From: the human T2T-CHM13v2.0 reference genome, Homo sapiens
Strand: one strand, 5' to 3'
Assembly: GCF_009914755.1 (NCBI RefSeq)
Contig: NC_060928.1
Length of the DNA stretch: 64,000 bases
Part shown: piece by piece, positions 20,069 through 36,477 of the stretch
Layout of the letters: each line of letters starts with the position of its first letter
Numbering within the stretch: position 1 is the stretch's first letter
Notes under the pieces: model-generated
Told to the model about the DNA's origin: nothing
What the model saw: only the letters and a program-made list of their open reading frames with translations
The model's database searches: none
Translations under genes and position numbers: made by a program

Positions 20069-22986
20069 ACTACATCTCCTATTCTTAAGCCCAGATTCTC
20101 TCCTTTATATAACACAGCCTGTTGGAGAACTAAGCACAGGGCACAAAATTTATTCAGTACTTAACAAAAGAAACATAGAAATAAAAACCTGAACTTCACA
20201 TTCAGAAAACTAGTGATTACTGATTTTTAGTCTATTTTGCAGTCAACAGCAAAATATATTCAGTAGCCAGGATGGGAATTGGGAAAGCAGCATTAAGGCA
20301 TTAAATAGGGTACATATTCATGGATCCTGGTCCCAAACTCAGTGAAGTGAACCATGATCTGTGAAAGTGGTTAGTAATCAAATGTTCCTATGGCATAGAT
20401 ACAGTAGAGGAATCCATGGAAGAACATAGAAAGCCTTGGAGCTAAGAAGCATGAAAGATGATTTAAAGGGGAGAGAGCTGTCCTGGATTGTTCATGGAGC
20501 AGAAACAGTCTCCCCAGATCTCTCCAAAGGGCTCTTCCCATGCCTTTGCTTTGTACCTTTGAATCTCCTGCACCTGGATGGCAGGGGGCCAAGAGGCCAG
20601 GGGAGTGTCTCAGGCCTGGGTGTTTTCAGGGCTGACCTAAACGTTCATCTCTGGAAAGCAGCAGGTGCCTTGTCAATCTCCCTAAGCCCTAGGAGAATGT
20701 AGAACAATGGCCTCCTCAGTCCCAGCAGTCAGCGCCAGCTCTCCTCAAGGCTACCTCCCTTCCATTTAAGTCCCTTTTTATTGAAGTCAGTTGAATGCTC
20801 TCTTATCCGCATTAAAGGGGCTTGGGCTGCTTGAAGCTACAATTAGATTTTTATGCCACCTGGGCATAGAAGGCTCACTTCATTTCCAATGTCTCACCAT
20901 TTCAGTAGGTTTTTATTTTGAAGTTCACAATTAATTTTTGGTCAGCAAAGTATGAGATGAAAGGAAAACTAGACTGGTACACAAAATACTACCTGTGTTA
21001 CACAGGGAGTCCAGGGCAAAAGACATTGTGACTCCTAACCAATCGTGAGAGGTATGCTCACAAGTGTATCAGCTCAAACCACTGTAATTGTTCCTACAAC
21101 TCCCCTTGCTGGCCAATGTGAAGAGCGACGCAAGAAAAATGAACACTTCTCAGTCTGTTACCTCTTCATCTTCCCTCATATCCAAATACCCCAAGAATGG
21201 AAAAAACAAGGGGGAAATGGTAAGGAAAAAAACCTAGCGTGAGGGGACTAAAATGGATAGCCTTTGTTTTCTCTGTTTTTGAGGGGCAGGGGGGTGTCAG
21301 CTATTCCAGTGGGAAATGCAATGAGATAATTATTTTGCTGAAGAAAAATGCCCTCCCCGGTGTAAAAACTGCATGCTATTCACCTTCATATACCTCATAA
21401 GAAATAACAGAAGTTACGTGGGCAAGAGTTATACCCAAAGCACCAGGGAGTCTAGATTTGTCAAAGCCATGACCTCTAGCTAATCACAGGGTAGTAGGAG
21501 AAAGTGAATTATATTTGTTAAATCTGGCAGTAATCATGATGAATTGCAAATTCCGAGTATCATCAATTTGGTTATCTCACTGAAATGACATTTTTAATTC
21601 AGTAGGAAAATTCCTGTTACATATATTTATTGAGAAATTAAAACATGACACTATACCCGATTCATTTAAATCTGATGGAAAGGTGACATCGGGAATATAG
21701 TCTATTAAATACACAAATTTCTGACAGGAACGTGCATTAGAGTGTTTTGGGAGACATAAGTAGCTATCAGCTATAAAAACTCATTGTCACTTGAAATTAG
21801 AGTAATAGTTCCTGTGCCCTGGAGCCTCATAACAGCAGATTTGTTCTTTCGTGTAGTTCTCCCATTATTAGTAGCCTCATCACTAGGTCACCTTCTGATC
21901 AAACCTTATGAACAAATTCTGTATAATCCAGAAGTGATTTTCCTCCCATTGGTTAAACTACTCTGAGAAAATAAGCTTCTTTGAAAGCCATTTTGAGGTT
22001 TTGCATTAACTCTGAAATTCCCTATTTAGTTAGTACTTTATGCTTTTCTAATAATTCATAAAATAATGTCCTCATGGCAATTATGTTTGGTGTTGATGAG
22101 CCAGAGTGATTGTATTACAGAATATCCATGATTTTTCATTGGATATTCTGTTAGCTATGATAATCCATGATTATTCATTGGACATTCAGTTAGCTAATGC
22201 AGAGGAAAAGATTTTCAAGTATCAGATCATTCCAATAAATTTTAAAAGTCTGCCTATCCTTGTTTCTGCTCATTGATCTTGCGTGTCTAACAATTATTCT
22301 GAGTTCTCTCAATGATGCTGGACATCGACATCTTTCAGGCATGACATCTAAAACAAGGACAATGATGTGGTGTTTGATGGTCAGGCCAAGCTAGAACATT
22401 GTGCAAGACTGAGGGGCTTGCAGTTGGATGCCACATTCTAAAAGGGACGTTGCCAAATGGGAGGGCCAAGTTGCAAAAATGAGGCCAGGATAGTAAGGGG
22501 ACTCAAAGCATGTGATACCAGGAAAACGTGACTCCTCTGCCTTCTTGCATATCACCTTCTCCCACCTTCACCTCCTTCCCTTTACAGTTTAAGTTCCATG
22601 GTCCATTACTGCAGCTACTCTTTTGCAAAAAACTCTGTCATCCTTGCTGCGTTTCATTCTTCCATTACAGGTGCCAGGCAAAAAGACTGACTCCAGATCA
22701 AACCACCTATCCATTTCTTTGCTAAGATCCCCAGGCTGCTGACTTTGCAAGAAGAAATCTTACAAATGTACACATCAATTGCACTGTAAACTAATAGTCT
22801 CCATCCTTAACTGGTTCCTCAAAACGACATGGTAGTCATTTAGTATTTTCCTAGGTGGCTCTCTCTCCTTTGCACAGTGCTTCACAGAATTCAACGTTTT
22901 CACTTTCCTCAAAATCTGACACCTGCCTTCCTCCCCAACAGAGAAGATAATGCTATTAAGGAACTCCTTCACCTTCTCACCCTAAC

Positions 22987-23198
22987 CAGTGGTATGAGTA
23001 AATGCCTGATAACTGGCTCTCCAGATGTCAGGGTATGGGGAAGTACTGATGTATAGTATTTACTAATTTCCATGATGTAAATATCCCCACTGTGGCTGAA
23101 TTCCAGCTGTTAATGTGAGGTTAACCAATTAGCAAAATTGCTGAAAATTTAACAATTGGCTCCTGTGAGCTTGTAGGAGCTGGTTCCAGCACCCACTG
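22987..23198 (-). mobile_element. MER63A-like hAT transposon
   Basis: Termini CAGTGG...CCACTG; aaaatttaacaattggctc motif. Confidence 0.7.
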
Positions 23199-23375
23199 CA
23201 TACAACTCAGAAACTTAAATGGATCCAAGGCATCCTATCCTCCTTCCCACATCTGTTACAATAGGAGAGAGGTCTCTCCTATTCTCCTCCTATCTAAAGC
23301 AAATGATCTGCCTTCTATGGTATCTTGTTCTATCAATTAAAATCCTTCTTTCTTGTATCTTCTACTTCCCCCTAA

Positions 23376-23686
<311 letters not shown>

Positions 23687-25220
23687 CTGAACCTCCCCCT
23701 TTTTTACTGACTGACTTCTTTTTCTCATTTAAACTTAGTTAACCCTGTCCCACCTTTTCTATTTGTTTGTTTTAAGAACCAACTCTATTTGACTCCACAT
23801 TTCCCTCTGGTTATGTCACAGATCTACTTCATAAAAGAATGGTTTCCACTGCCTGACTTACTCATCTGCTTACTGAAATCTGGGTTTCCACTGAAATCTC
23901 CTAAGTTACTAACAACTTCCTTGTTACTAAATTCAATAGCAAATTTCAGTCCTTGCTCTACTGACCTCTCTTTAGCAGCTGACACATTTGACCACTTCTT
24001 TCCTTGGCCTCTGTGACTCGATGATCCTACGATTCTCCTCATTCCTCTTGGCCTCACCTCTGTTTCCTTTTCTGGCTCCTCCCTTCTGTCTTTCTCTGAC
24101 TTGTTAGTGTTTCCCCATGGTTCTACCAAAAGATAAGAGATCCCTTCTCTTTTCATTCTACTTTCCCTGGATCTGATCTCCTCCCATGGCTACAATTACC
24201 ATCCCCAGGTGGATGACTAGTGATGGTTCCAGGCCAAGTCTTTGCATCTAGTAGGCATATTTGTTTGAATATCTTTGGAAGTATCATGATCGTAACATTT
24301 CTAAACTGAAAGCTCCCCAAATCGCCTCCCTTTCTGTGCTCCTGGAACAGTGAAGGGCCCCAAGTTGCCCATGCCAGAACCTTGATTCCTTTTCTCTGAT
24401 ACCTCATTCCAATTAATCACTAAGTCCTGCTGATTCAACTTCACATCTCTTACTCCTGTCTACCTCTCATCATCCTCAGGGTTACCACCCTGGTTCAGGC
24501 ACACTACCTCTCACCAAGGTTATCCTTCCTGGTCTCCTAACCGGTCTTTCCACTTCCAGCCTTGCCTCACCCCAATCCATCCTACATTCTGCAGTGATGT
24601 CTCAAAAACGCAAATGTGATCATGTCATTTGCCTCTTCAACAGCTTCTGATGGTTCCCCTTTGTTTTGTCACATGAGTGGTCCTGCTCCCCACCGCATTT
24701 CCACTGATCTAAACTTTTTTCAGTTCCCTAAGCATACCATGTGCTGTTTCATCTGTGGGCCTTTAACTATACTGTTTACTTTGCCAAGAACACCATAATT
24801 TACTTCCTGGTGAATAGAGACAGGAAGTAAATTATATTCATAATCTCTCTTACCGTAACTTACTGCTTCTTAGACATTACTTACTGCTTCTTAGAAATTA
24901 CTTCCTGCATAAGTGCCGCTGACCCAGCCCCCTCCACCTCCTGCAATGTTTGTTTAACTTGTCTGTCTCCCTGATAAACACTAACCTCCATAAGGACTGG
25001 GACCTTGTCTATTCTCTTCACCCCTGTATCCCCATTGATTTAAATCAATAACTCCATCCTCATTCTACCCCCTGCAGCCCCTGGCAATCAATCACCAATT
25101 TACTGTCTCTATGGAATTCAACCTCCCTCAGCAAGTTGCCAGTGGGAAATACTGAGCCTAGACCTACTATTAACTTTTAAAATAAGAATATTGAGTTAGT
25201 AATTAAGTGCCAATTATTAA

Positions 25221-25605
<385 letters not shown>

Positions 25606-25878
25606 TGACCTGTAGTTTTAATTGCTTGACTGTCATATAAAACTTTGCCTTATTCAGCTTCTCATTTATGGTTCTGGTCAATTCATAGAATTTCCACTTA
25701 CAGGAATGTCAGTTTCTGTGGCAGGAAGCAAAACCTCTCAGTATGCTCTGAGGAACCTTCCATGACTGCCATGACCAGTTCCTCAAGTCCCTGCCTTCCA
25801 GCCTACACTCTTCCCTATTCTCTAAATATGAGTTTCTTCCACTCTGATTTCAAGGAACTTGGATTATGGCAAGTCAAC

Positions 25879-26164
25879 TTTTGAGACAGGGTCTCACTCT
25901 GTCACTCAGTCTGGAGTGCAGTGGCATAATCTTGGCTCACTGCGATCTCCAGTTCCAGGACTCAAGCCAGCCTTCCACTTCAGCCTCCTGAATAGCTGGG
26001 ACCACAGGCACGCACCACCGGACCCAGCTAATTTTTCTGTATTTGTAGAAATGGGGTTTCACCATATCGCCCAGGCTGGTCTTGAACTCCTGAGCTCAAG
26101 TGATCCTCCCGCCTCGGCCTCCCAAAGTGCTGGGATTACAGATGTCAGCCACTGTGCCAGGGGC
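25879..26164 (-). mobile_element. AluJ
   Basis: Antisense dimer; TSD ggcaagtcaac. Confidence 0.9.
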
Positions 26165-26211
26165 AAGTCAACATTTTAAAACCTGTCTTACTTAAAAAAA
26201 AATTTTTTTTA

Positions 26212-26545
<334 letters not shown>

Positions 26546-26769
26546 ACCTGTCTTACATAAAATATTTTAATTGCCTCTATTCAAAATCTATCTTTTAGTT
26601 AAGACTTTTTTACATTTTTAGTTTTTGTTTTCAGAAATATGTAATGAAAAGTAATAGTAAAAAAAAATTGACATTATTTTAAGGTAAAGATACATCTTCC
26701 ATCTCCAAGGCTGCTTTATGAATTGTAATTGGAAAAAATAGCTGATCAAATAATCTTTTCCCTAAATAT

Positions 26770-27010
26770 CGTATTTAACATTAATTGAAGTCTATGAGGT
26801 ACTAGGCACAATGCTAAAACTTTTATCTACATTGCCTTAATTAAAACCCAGGGCAACCCAGCAAGATAGGAAATATTATTATCTCCATTTTGCCGATGAG
26901 AAAACTGAGACTGAGAGATTAAATGACTTGTCCAAGGTTACATGGCTAGTAACTAAAGATCAGAACCTAGGTTGGTCTCTGACTACAGAATCCAGAATCC
27001 ATTATGTTCT
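26770..27010 (-). mobile_element. MIR
   Basis: ctccattttgccgatgagaaaactgagact...gacttgtccaaggttacatggctagt. Confidence 0.75.
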
Positions 27011-27092
27011 TTCCGGGAAAAAAAAATTAATGGTCAAGTTAAATGGTAGCTTGATCACATATTGTCTACTCTGAAAAGTAGCATTAAATTCT

Positions 27093-27363
27093 GTTTTTGT
27101 TTTTGCTTTTGGTTTTTTTGAGACGGAGTCTCACTCTATCACCCAGGCTGGAGTGCAGTGGCGCGATCTCGGTCACTGCAACCTCCGCCTCCCAAGTAGC
27201 TGGGACTACAGGCGTGTGCCACCACTAGCATGACTAATTTTTTTATTTTTAGTAGAGATGCGGTTTTGCCATGTTGGCCAGGCTAGTCTCAAACTCCTGA
27301 CCTCAAGTGATCCACCCACCTCAGCCTCCCAAAGTGCAGTGATTACAAGCACTGTGCCTGGCC
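27093..27363 (-). mobile_element. AluS with internal deletion
   Basis: TSD cattaaattctgtttt. Confidence 0.92.
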
Positions 27364-27381
27364 ACATTAAATTCTGTTTTA

Positions 27382-27753
<372 letters not shown>

Positions 27754-27863
27754 TCACAGAGCCTTGCATCATGCTGGCCTTATGGTAGATAACCTATCAA
27801 AATGCTCATCATATTGTCTTACAAATGGTAAAGGCTTAATAAATATGTGCTCATCAGTTATGA

Positions 27864-28295
<432 letters not shown>

Positions 28296-28462
28296 TAATT
28301 TTATACTTAAATTTTAAGCCAGGTAAATATATGCTATATAATAGCATTACAAAGGATTGCTCTGATGTCACCTGCATGTTTATAAATTAGATGAAATTAA
28401 TTTTATTGGGTAGTCTATAAGGATTTGATTTCAACCATACATTCTCACTTTTTACTCTTACA

Positions 28463-29750
28463 ATTTTTTATTGAGTTATAACTCCATATGCCATAAAATT
28501 CAACATTTTAAAGTATACAACTCAGTGGTTTTTAGTATATTCACAAAGTCATGCAACCATCACCACTATATAATTCCAGAACATTTTTTCATCACCCCCA
28601 AAAGAAATCCTGTATCCACTAGGAGTCACTTTTCATTCCTCCTTCCTACCATCCCCTGGCAACACTATTTACTTTTTGTCTCCATGGATTTGCCTATTTG
28701 GGACATTTCATATAAATGAAATCATACAGTAGATGGCATTTTGTGTCTGATTTCTTTAACTTAGCATGATGTTTTCAGGGTTCATCCATGTTGTATCATG
28801 TATCAATACTTCATTCTTTCTTATAACCAAATAATATTCCATTGTATGAACAAACTACATTTTGTTTATCTAATCATCAGTTGATGGACATGTGAGTCGT
28901 TTCTACCTTTTGACCATTGTGAATTGTGCTGCTATGAACATTTGTGTACAAGTTTTTGTTTGAACATCGTTTCCCATTTCTCCTAGGAATATAATTACTG
29001 AATAAAATGGTAAGTCTACGTTTAAATTTTTGAGGAACTGCCAAACTGTTTTCCAAAGGAAATTTATCATTTTTACATTCCCACCAGCAATGTATGGGTT
29101 CCAATTTCTCCATGTCCTCACCAACACTTAGTTTCCTTCTTTTAAAAATATGATTATCCCAGTGGGTGTGAAGTGGTATCTCATTGCGATTTTGACTTGA
29201 ATTTTCATAAAGACTAATGATACTGAGCATCTTTTTTATGTGCTTATGGGCACATGAATTTCTTCTTTGGAAAAATGTCTACTCAGATCTTTTGCTTATA
29301 TGTTAATTGGGTAATCTGTCTTTTTAGTTTGAGTTGTAAGACAGTTTTAAAAAATAAATTCTGGATACAAGCCCTTTATCAAACAAATGATTTGAAAAGA
29401 GTTTCTCCCATTCTTTGGGCTACCTTTTCATTTTCTTGACAGTGTTTTTTGTACCACTAAAGTTTTTGCTCTTGATGATGTATATTTAAATTTTTTTACG
29501 ACATTCAATTTATCTTTTTTCTTTTGTTGTTGATGATATATATTTAATTTGCTCTTGATGATGTATATTTAAATTTTTATGACGTTCACTTTATCTTTTT
29601 TCTTTTGTTGTTTTTGCTTTTGGTGTCATAGCTAAGAAACTATTGCCTAATACAAGGTCACAAAGATTTCTGTTGTATTCTAAGAGTTCAGTAGTTTTAG
29701 GTCTTACATTTCAGTCTGTGATTCATTTTGAGTTAATTTTTGTATATGTG
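28463..29750 (-). mobile_element. L1MB-type 3' end and ORF2 remnant
   Basis: Antisense L1 3' UTR; peptide WKTVWQFLKNLN...TCTQMFIAA. Confidence 0.85.
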
Positions 29751-30654
29751 TTTAAAACACACACACTAGCATTTTAAATTTTGTATTTGTAATCATATAC
29801 GTTATCTACCATTGTTTATACAGAAGTGGTTTAAGTAGTAGAAAATTACAGTTTTCAAGTCATCAATCTTATTAAATAAGAAATCACAGCAAATACAGTT
29901 ACCATAGCAAAAAATTCATCATAATATAAATATAATAACAAACTTCCTTTGTATATTACATTAAACTCAGTAACTTTTTCATAGCATTTGCTTAATCTTA
30001 ATCTGCATGTATTCCTTCTGTAACATTTTGAGCAGATAAGAGGAATTTTGATAAAGCTATGATACAATATTATATTTTTTCCAAAACATAGCCAGTTTTA
30101 AGTTGTTCTGTTTAAATGAATCAGAAAGAAGCAATGAGGAATATTAGAGATATATCCTTTTCAGTAGTAGATATTTGAAAGTTTATTTGAAGCAAAGTAA
30201 TGTCAAGGTACCTATTCGTCAGATCTACTGAATACCTTTCATGAACACACATTTCAGTTTGAAAGCATTTAAACAAAGGTATAAACTGCATACCCAGAGA
30301 AACAGACAGCAGGATTCAAGAAGAGAACAAAGAAACAAGATCAATCTAGTTTGCCAAACAGTGGCTCCCTGTGTCTGAAACAATTGGAGAACTTTGCAGC
30401 AATTTTGTTTTAGAAGTTTTCTGTAAACGAGTTTAAAGTCCAAAGAACGAAGCTCATTTCAGAGGTGAAGACACTGTTAAATTGTTGGGTAAAATGCTTC
30501 ATAAGTATACACTCCTCTATAATTAGCATTGCTTATTTCCCAGTATTATAATTTATATTAGTCCCATATTAAAACCAAGATTCTGAGAAAAAAGAAATGG
30601 ACCGTGATAAAAATGTAAATTCTTCTGAAGATTTTTTGTTAAAAAATTAATTTA

Positions 30655-31252
<598 letters not shown>

Positions 31253-31908
31253 GATTTAATTAATTAACAGAAACTAAAGTGGAAAGATTTTGCATGGAGA
31301 TTGAAGCAGAAGCTATTTTTACATTTTCAATAAAATTAGGAAGATTAACTCTGGGGCACTGGTGACTTTCTGATATATAAGTTACTTCATGTTGTGATAT
31401 GCTCTTTCAGTGATCGTACCTTTCATCCTCAAAAGAAGATCTCTTTCAGCAACTTAGAGGCAAAAACATTTTGATATAGCACATATACAAAACCATATGT
31501 GGCACTGTGATTGTTCTTTGAGGACAGTGGCTCCCAATCTTTTCTCACTGTCATCCTAGATGACTATTATTAAGTGTTTTTTCAATCAGGAGATTTTTCC
31601 ACTTATGTTTGACAGCAAGTTGACAAGGCTGTGAAAGCATGTCAGCTCTGCTCAGGATGATCACTGTGGGTTTTCTTGCATCATGAAGGTTGTTGAGTGT
31701 GCCTTGCTTTGGCGTCTCTGAAACCCCTTTCAATGATGCTAACTTGTTTGTGGCCTGGGAACATGTGATGGCTATGCTTTCCAAATTGGGGTTCCAATGT
31801 AAGCTTTGGGACAACAGATTGTCTTGTTGCCCGCTATATCCCCAGTATCTAGAATACAGTCTGGCATAGTGCTCAATAAATAATTATTGAATAAAAAAGA
31901 AGAAGAGG

Positions 31909-32210
31909 GGCTAGGCACGGTGGCTCACGCCTGTCATCTCAGCACTTTGGGAAGCAGAGACAGACAGATCACTTGGGGTCAGCAGTTTGAGACCAGTCTG
32001 GTCAACATAGTGAGACCCTGTCTCTACTAAAAATACAAACAATTAGCTGGGTGTAGTGGCACACGCCTGTGGTTCCAGCCACTTGGGAGGCTGAGGTGTA
32101 AATACTGCTTGAGCCCGAGGGGCAGAGTTTACAGTGAGCTGAGACTGCATCACTGCACTCTAGCCTGGGTGACAGAGCGGACTTTGTCTCAAAAAAAAAA
32201 AAAAAAAAAA
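31909..32210 (+). mobile_element. Alu
   Basis: Sense dimer; TSD aaagaagaagagg. Confidence 0.93.
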
Positions 32211-32350
32211 GAAGAAGAGGAGGCAAAAGAAGAAGGAAGGGAAAGAGAAGGGAGAGAAAGAAGAAGTTAAGAAAGAGAAAAGGAGAAACAAGAGGAAGAG
32301 AGAAGATGAAAAGAAAGGAAAAAAGTGGTAGTAGAAGAAAAAGGGGAAGA
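32211..32350 (+). repeat. GA-rich low-complexity tract
   Basis: Almost pure purine run after the Alu tail. Confidence 0.85.
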
Positions 32351-32538
32351 ATAAACTGCTACCACCGCACAAAGTGTTTATGGTGGTATTATAGAAGGAA
32401 TGCAATTAAAGAAGAAGAACTAATATTTGGCAAGAATTGACTTTACCCAAAGAATTGCAGTGGGGAGGAAAATATAATGGTAAAATCAACATAGATATGT
32501 GATAAAGGAAGATGCATAATTCGCATTAGACAATAAAC

Positions 32539-32888
<350 letters not shown>

Positions 32889-32943
32889 TAGAAGGGGTCA
32901 AATTAATCATTTTCTCACATCAGCCATATCAGATGCTTGAATC

Positions 32944-33141
32944 CAGGGTTTGGCAAACTTTTTCTGAAAAGGGTCACATAGTAAATATCTTAGGCTTTGA
33001 GTGGCACAGTCTCTGCTCCATTATGCCACTGTAACACAATATGCTAAAAAAAAATTGTATGATTGTGTGGTAATAAAACTTAATTTACAAAAACAGGTGG
33101 TGGGCCAGGTGTGGCCCGTGGACTGTAGTTTGCAGACTCCT
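32944..33141 (+). mobile_element. MER58A (hAT-Charlie)
   Basis: TIRs CAGGGTTTGGCAAACT ... AGTTTGCAGACTCCT. Confidence 0.8.
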
Positions 33142-33435
33142 ACTTGTATATGCCCTGTAATATTCCAACAATGCTGATAACCTCTGTTAGCATTTGCTGC
33201 AATAGAGAAACTCACCACTTTTCAAGGAAAACTATTCCATCTTTGCATAACTTTGATTATAGAAAGCCATTCTTTACACATTGAGTCAAAATCTGTTTCT
33301 CATGTTATTGTAATATTAGGTATTTGCTGTTTGTCTCTTTGTGTTTAAGTCACTATAATCTAGTGGTTTTGTTTTTTGTTTTCTTCTATTTTTTAAAACA
33401 TTTTTGAGGAAGTTTTTTTTTTTTTTTTAAAGACA

Positions 33436-34005
33436 ACTTCTGCTTCCAGTCAAGATGGAGCAACAGGGACCTGATTTACCCTCCCACCTGAAATAACCAA
33501 AAAACTGGACAAAATATTAAGAAACAACAGCATTCAAGATATTGACACTAGGCAACTGAGGACAGTGATCCCTGAAAGATGGAAACAAATGAGGTGTAAC
33601 TATAATTATCTCCAGCTAAATGTGTAGAGAATATTTTCAGGCCCCAGCACACTGGGAGCCCAAGTGGAGACCGGCAGTGTCTCTGGGTCGAGGACATTCA
33701 GTTGCAAGTCCAGGACAGCCAAGTACAGGATCAGAAAGCTGTGCAGAGAGACAGTTCTGGAGGTGTGCCAAGGGTCCACTTTAGTCTCCGGTTGAGTATT
33801 AATTAACGCGTATGTGTGAGGAAGTTACCCAAGGTCAGGGAAAGAACCACGTGAAAGGATTAAACAGAAGAGGAAACAGTTGTTGGAGCTCACAAAAGGC
33901 CAGAGAGTCCCTATTCCTACCAACCACAGTAGAAAGCCTCACAATTCACAGAAATGGGTTAGAACACTGAAGAATCTTGCCTCATTTGTGGCAGGAAATT
34001 ATTCA
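33436..34005 (+). mobile_element. Old L1 5' end (L1MC/MD-like)
   Basis: acttctgcttccagtcaagatggagcaacagggac start typical of old L1M 5' UTRs. Confidence 0.6.
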
Positions 34006-34216
34006 AACAATCTACTTCTGTTAATGCACCTCTTTCTATATGTCCCTGTTCATAACATCATAGCCAAGCCTCAGCTCTAAAGCTTATTCACACATGCTGT
34101 CATTTAACCAGGTCCTATTTGTTTTTTATTTTAATGGTTAAGCTTTTCCATTGATGTCTTTCTTTATAGTGTTGATTATCATGTTCATTATTGTGCTGAG
34201 CAGCCCACTGTACCTG

Positions 34217-34522
<306 letters not shown>

Positions 34523-34992
34523 TGTATCTGAAGTATTATTTGTAGGAATAATCTGAGGCCTAGATGAAAAACATCTTCCTCCAAAGAAGATCTGCATTTG
34601 TTTTTACCATGCTCCTTGGGGGCACAACCAACATAAGACCAACTGGTCCAAGATTTGAGATTCCCAAACCCACAAAGAAAATCTACACGAGGTCTCATTT
34701 ACTTAGGGTTCACCCCAACCCTAAGGATGCAGCCCTGTGGGCCCCCAGCTTAAGATTGTGAAGGTCTGATTAGACTTTGCATCTTCTATAGACCTGGTGC
34801 TTTCATTTCTCACCTCCTTACCTCCTTTCTCACCTCATGACAAGTTCATCTCAATGAAGGTTCCCATTTGCTGGGACTCACAAATCCCCTCAGGGCAAAA
34901 GCAGATTCTGTGCCCTTATCACCTTTCTGGTTCTCCTGGTTTAGCTTCAGTTTTGCCTTTCAATTCCTCACCATGTTGTCAGCTTTACAAAG

Positions 34993-35357
34993 TTTCTTTT
35001 CTTTTCTTTTCTTTTCTTTTCTTTTCTTTTCTTTTCTTTTCTTTTCTCCTTCCTTCCTTCCTTCCTTCCTTTTCTTTTTTTTTTTGGAATCTCGCTCTAT
35101 TGCCCAGGCTGGAGTGCCTGATCTCGGCTCACTGCAACCTCTACCTCCAGGGTTCAAGAGATTCTCTTGGCTCCGCCTCCTGAATAGCTGGGATTACAGG
35201 TGCGTGCCACCACACCTGGCTAATTTTTATATTTTTTATTAGAGATGGAGTTTCACCATGTTGACCAGGCTGGTCTCAAACTCCTGACCTCAAGTGATCT
35301 ACTTGCCTCAGCCTCCCAAAGTGCTGGGATTACAGGTGTGAGCCACCATACCTGGCC
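34993..35357 (-). mobile_element. AluS with (CTTTT)n/(CCTT)n tail
   Basis: TSD caaagtttct. Confidence 0.93.
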
Positions 35358-35509
35358 CAAAGTTTCTGTTGTTTTTTCATAGTTTTCTATAATTTTAAAA
35401 ATTGTTTTCTAAGGGATCATTAATCTGAAAAACCTAGCCCACCATTACAGAAAGATACAAATCCACCTACAACCATCCCAAGTCTTTGAGAATAAAATAG
35501 AACCAGAAA

Positions 35510-35740
35510 GTCTGGGTGCAGTGGCGGCCTTTCTACTCAGGAGACTGAAGCAGGAGAACCACTTGAACCCAGGAGGTGGAGGCTGCAGTGAGCTGAGATC
35601 ATGCCACTGCCCTCCAGCTTGGGCAACAGAACCAGACTCCATCTCAAAAAACAAAACCAATGAATGAACGAACGAATGAGAAGGAAGGAAGGTGGGAAGG
35701 AGGGAAGGAGGGAAGGAAGGAAGGAAGGAAGGAAGGAAAT
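35510..35740 (+). mobile_element. Internally deleted Alu with (GGAA)n tail
   Basis: Short head joined to right arm; TSD aaatagaaccagaaa. Confidence 0.88.
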
Positions 35741-36477
35741 AGAACCAGAAAAAGTCCACCAGAGCCTAAGAAGAGCATTTGAGGTAGGGAAAAAACCTTC
35801 CCTCTCCTGGGGGCCCCAGGGCGGGTCCTAGGGAGCGCAGTGTTGTGTGCTGCTGTGCAGAGCAGAGCGGAGCAAACTGAGGGGCCACGAGGTGTGTGCA
35901 GGAGGCTGCGTGAAGTTGTGGTGAGGAAGATGAGAGGCTCCTAGGAATTTCTGGGTGCAAGAGAATTTTAAACAATGAAGGTTTTAAAGAAGAGCTATTA
36001 TGTCCTTGTGCTTAGGCCCTCTTAACTCTGAGAGAAAAAAGAGTAAAATTTCTGTCCTGGCTGACTGCTTTAAAGGAATATGATTCTGATTGTGCCATAG
36101 AAATCACTGCTTTATAAACCTTATATGTATCTGTTTACTACAGATGATCAAGGGAGAGAAAAGGATAGTAGGGACATAGAAGGAGAGAAAAGAAAAGCAT
36201 TCACGGACAGGCCATGGAAGGCGTTTCTTGTTTCAGTAGTATTAAGTACCTATCTCATGTTGGACAGAGAAAAAGTTGAGTGAACTAAGTCCTCTGCCCT
36301 AAGGAGCTCATTATCCAATAACAGGGGAGAACAATATGTCATTAAATAATTTAAATAAAATCCAGATGTAATTAAGTTTTATTGAGCATTTAGTAAGAGC
36401 CAGATGCTTTCTGAGAAAAAAAAAAAAAAAAGCAGCCCCTGACATCTAAGGACTGGCCTAAAATTTATAGGTAGGCC

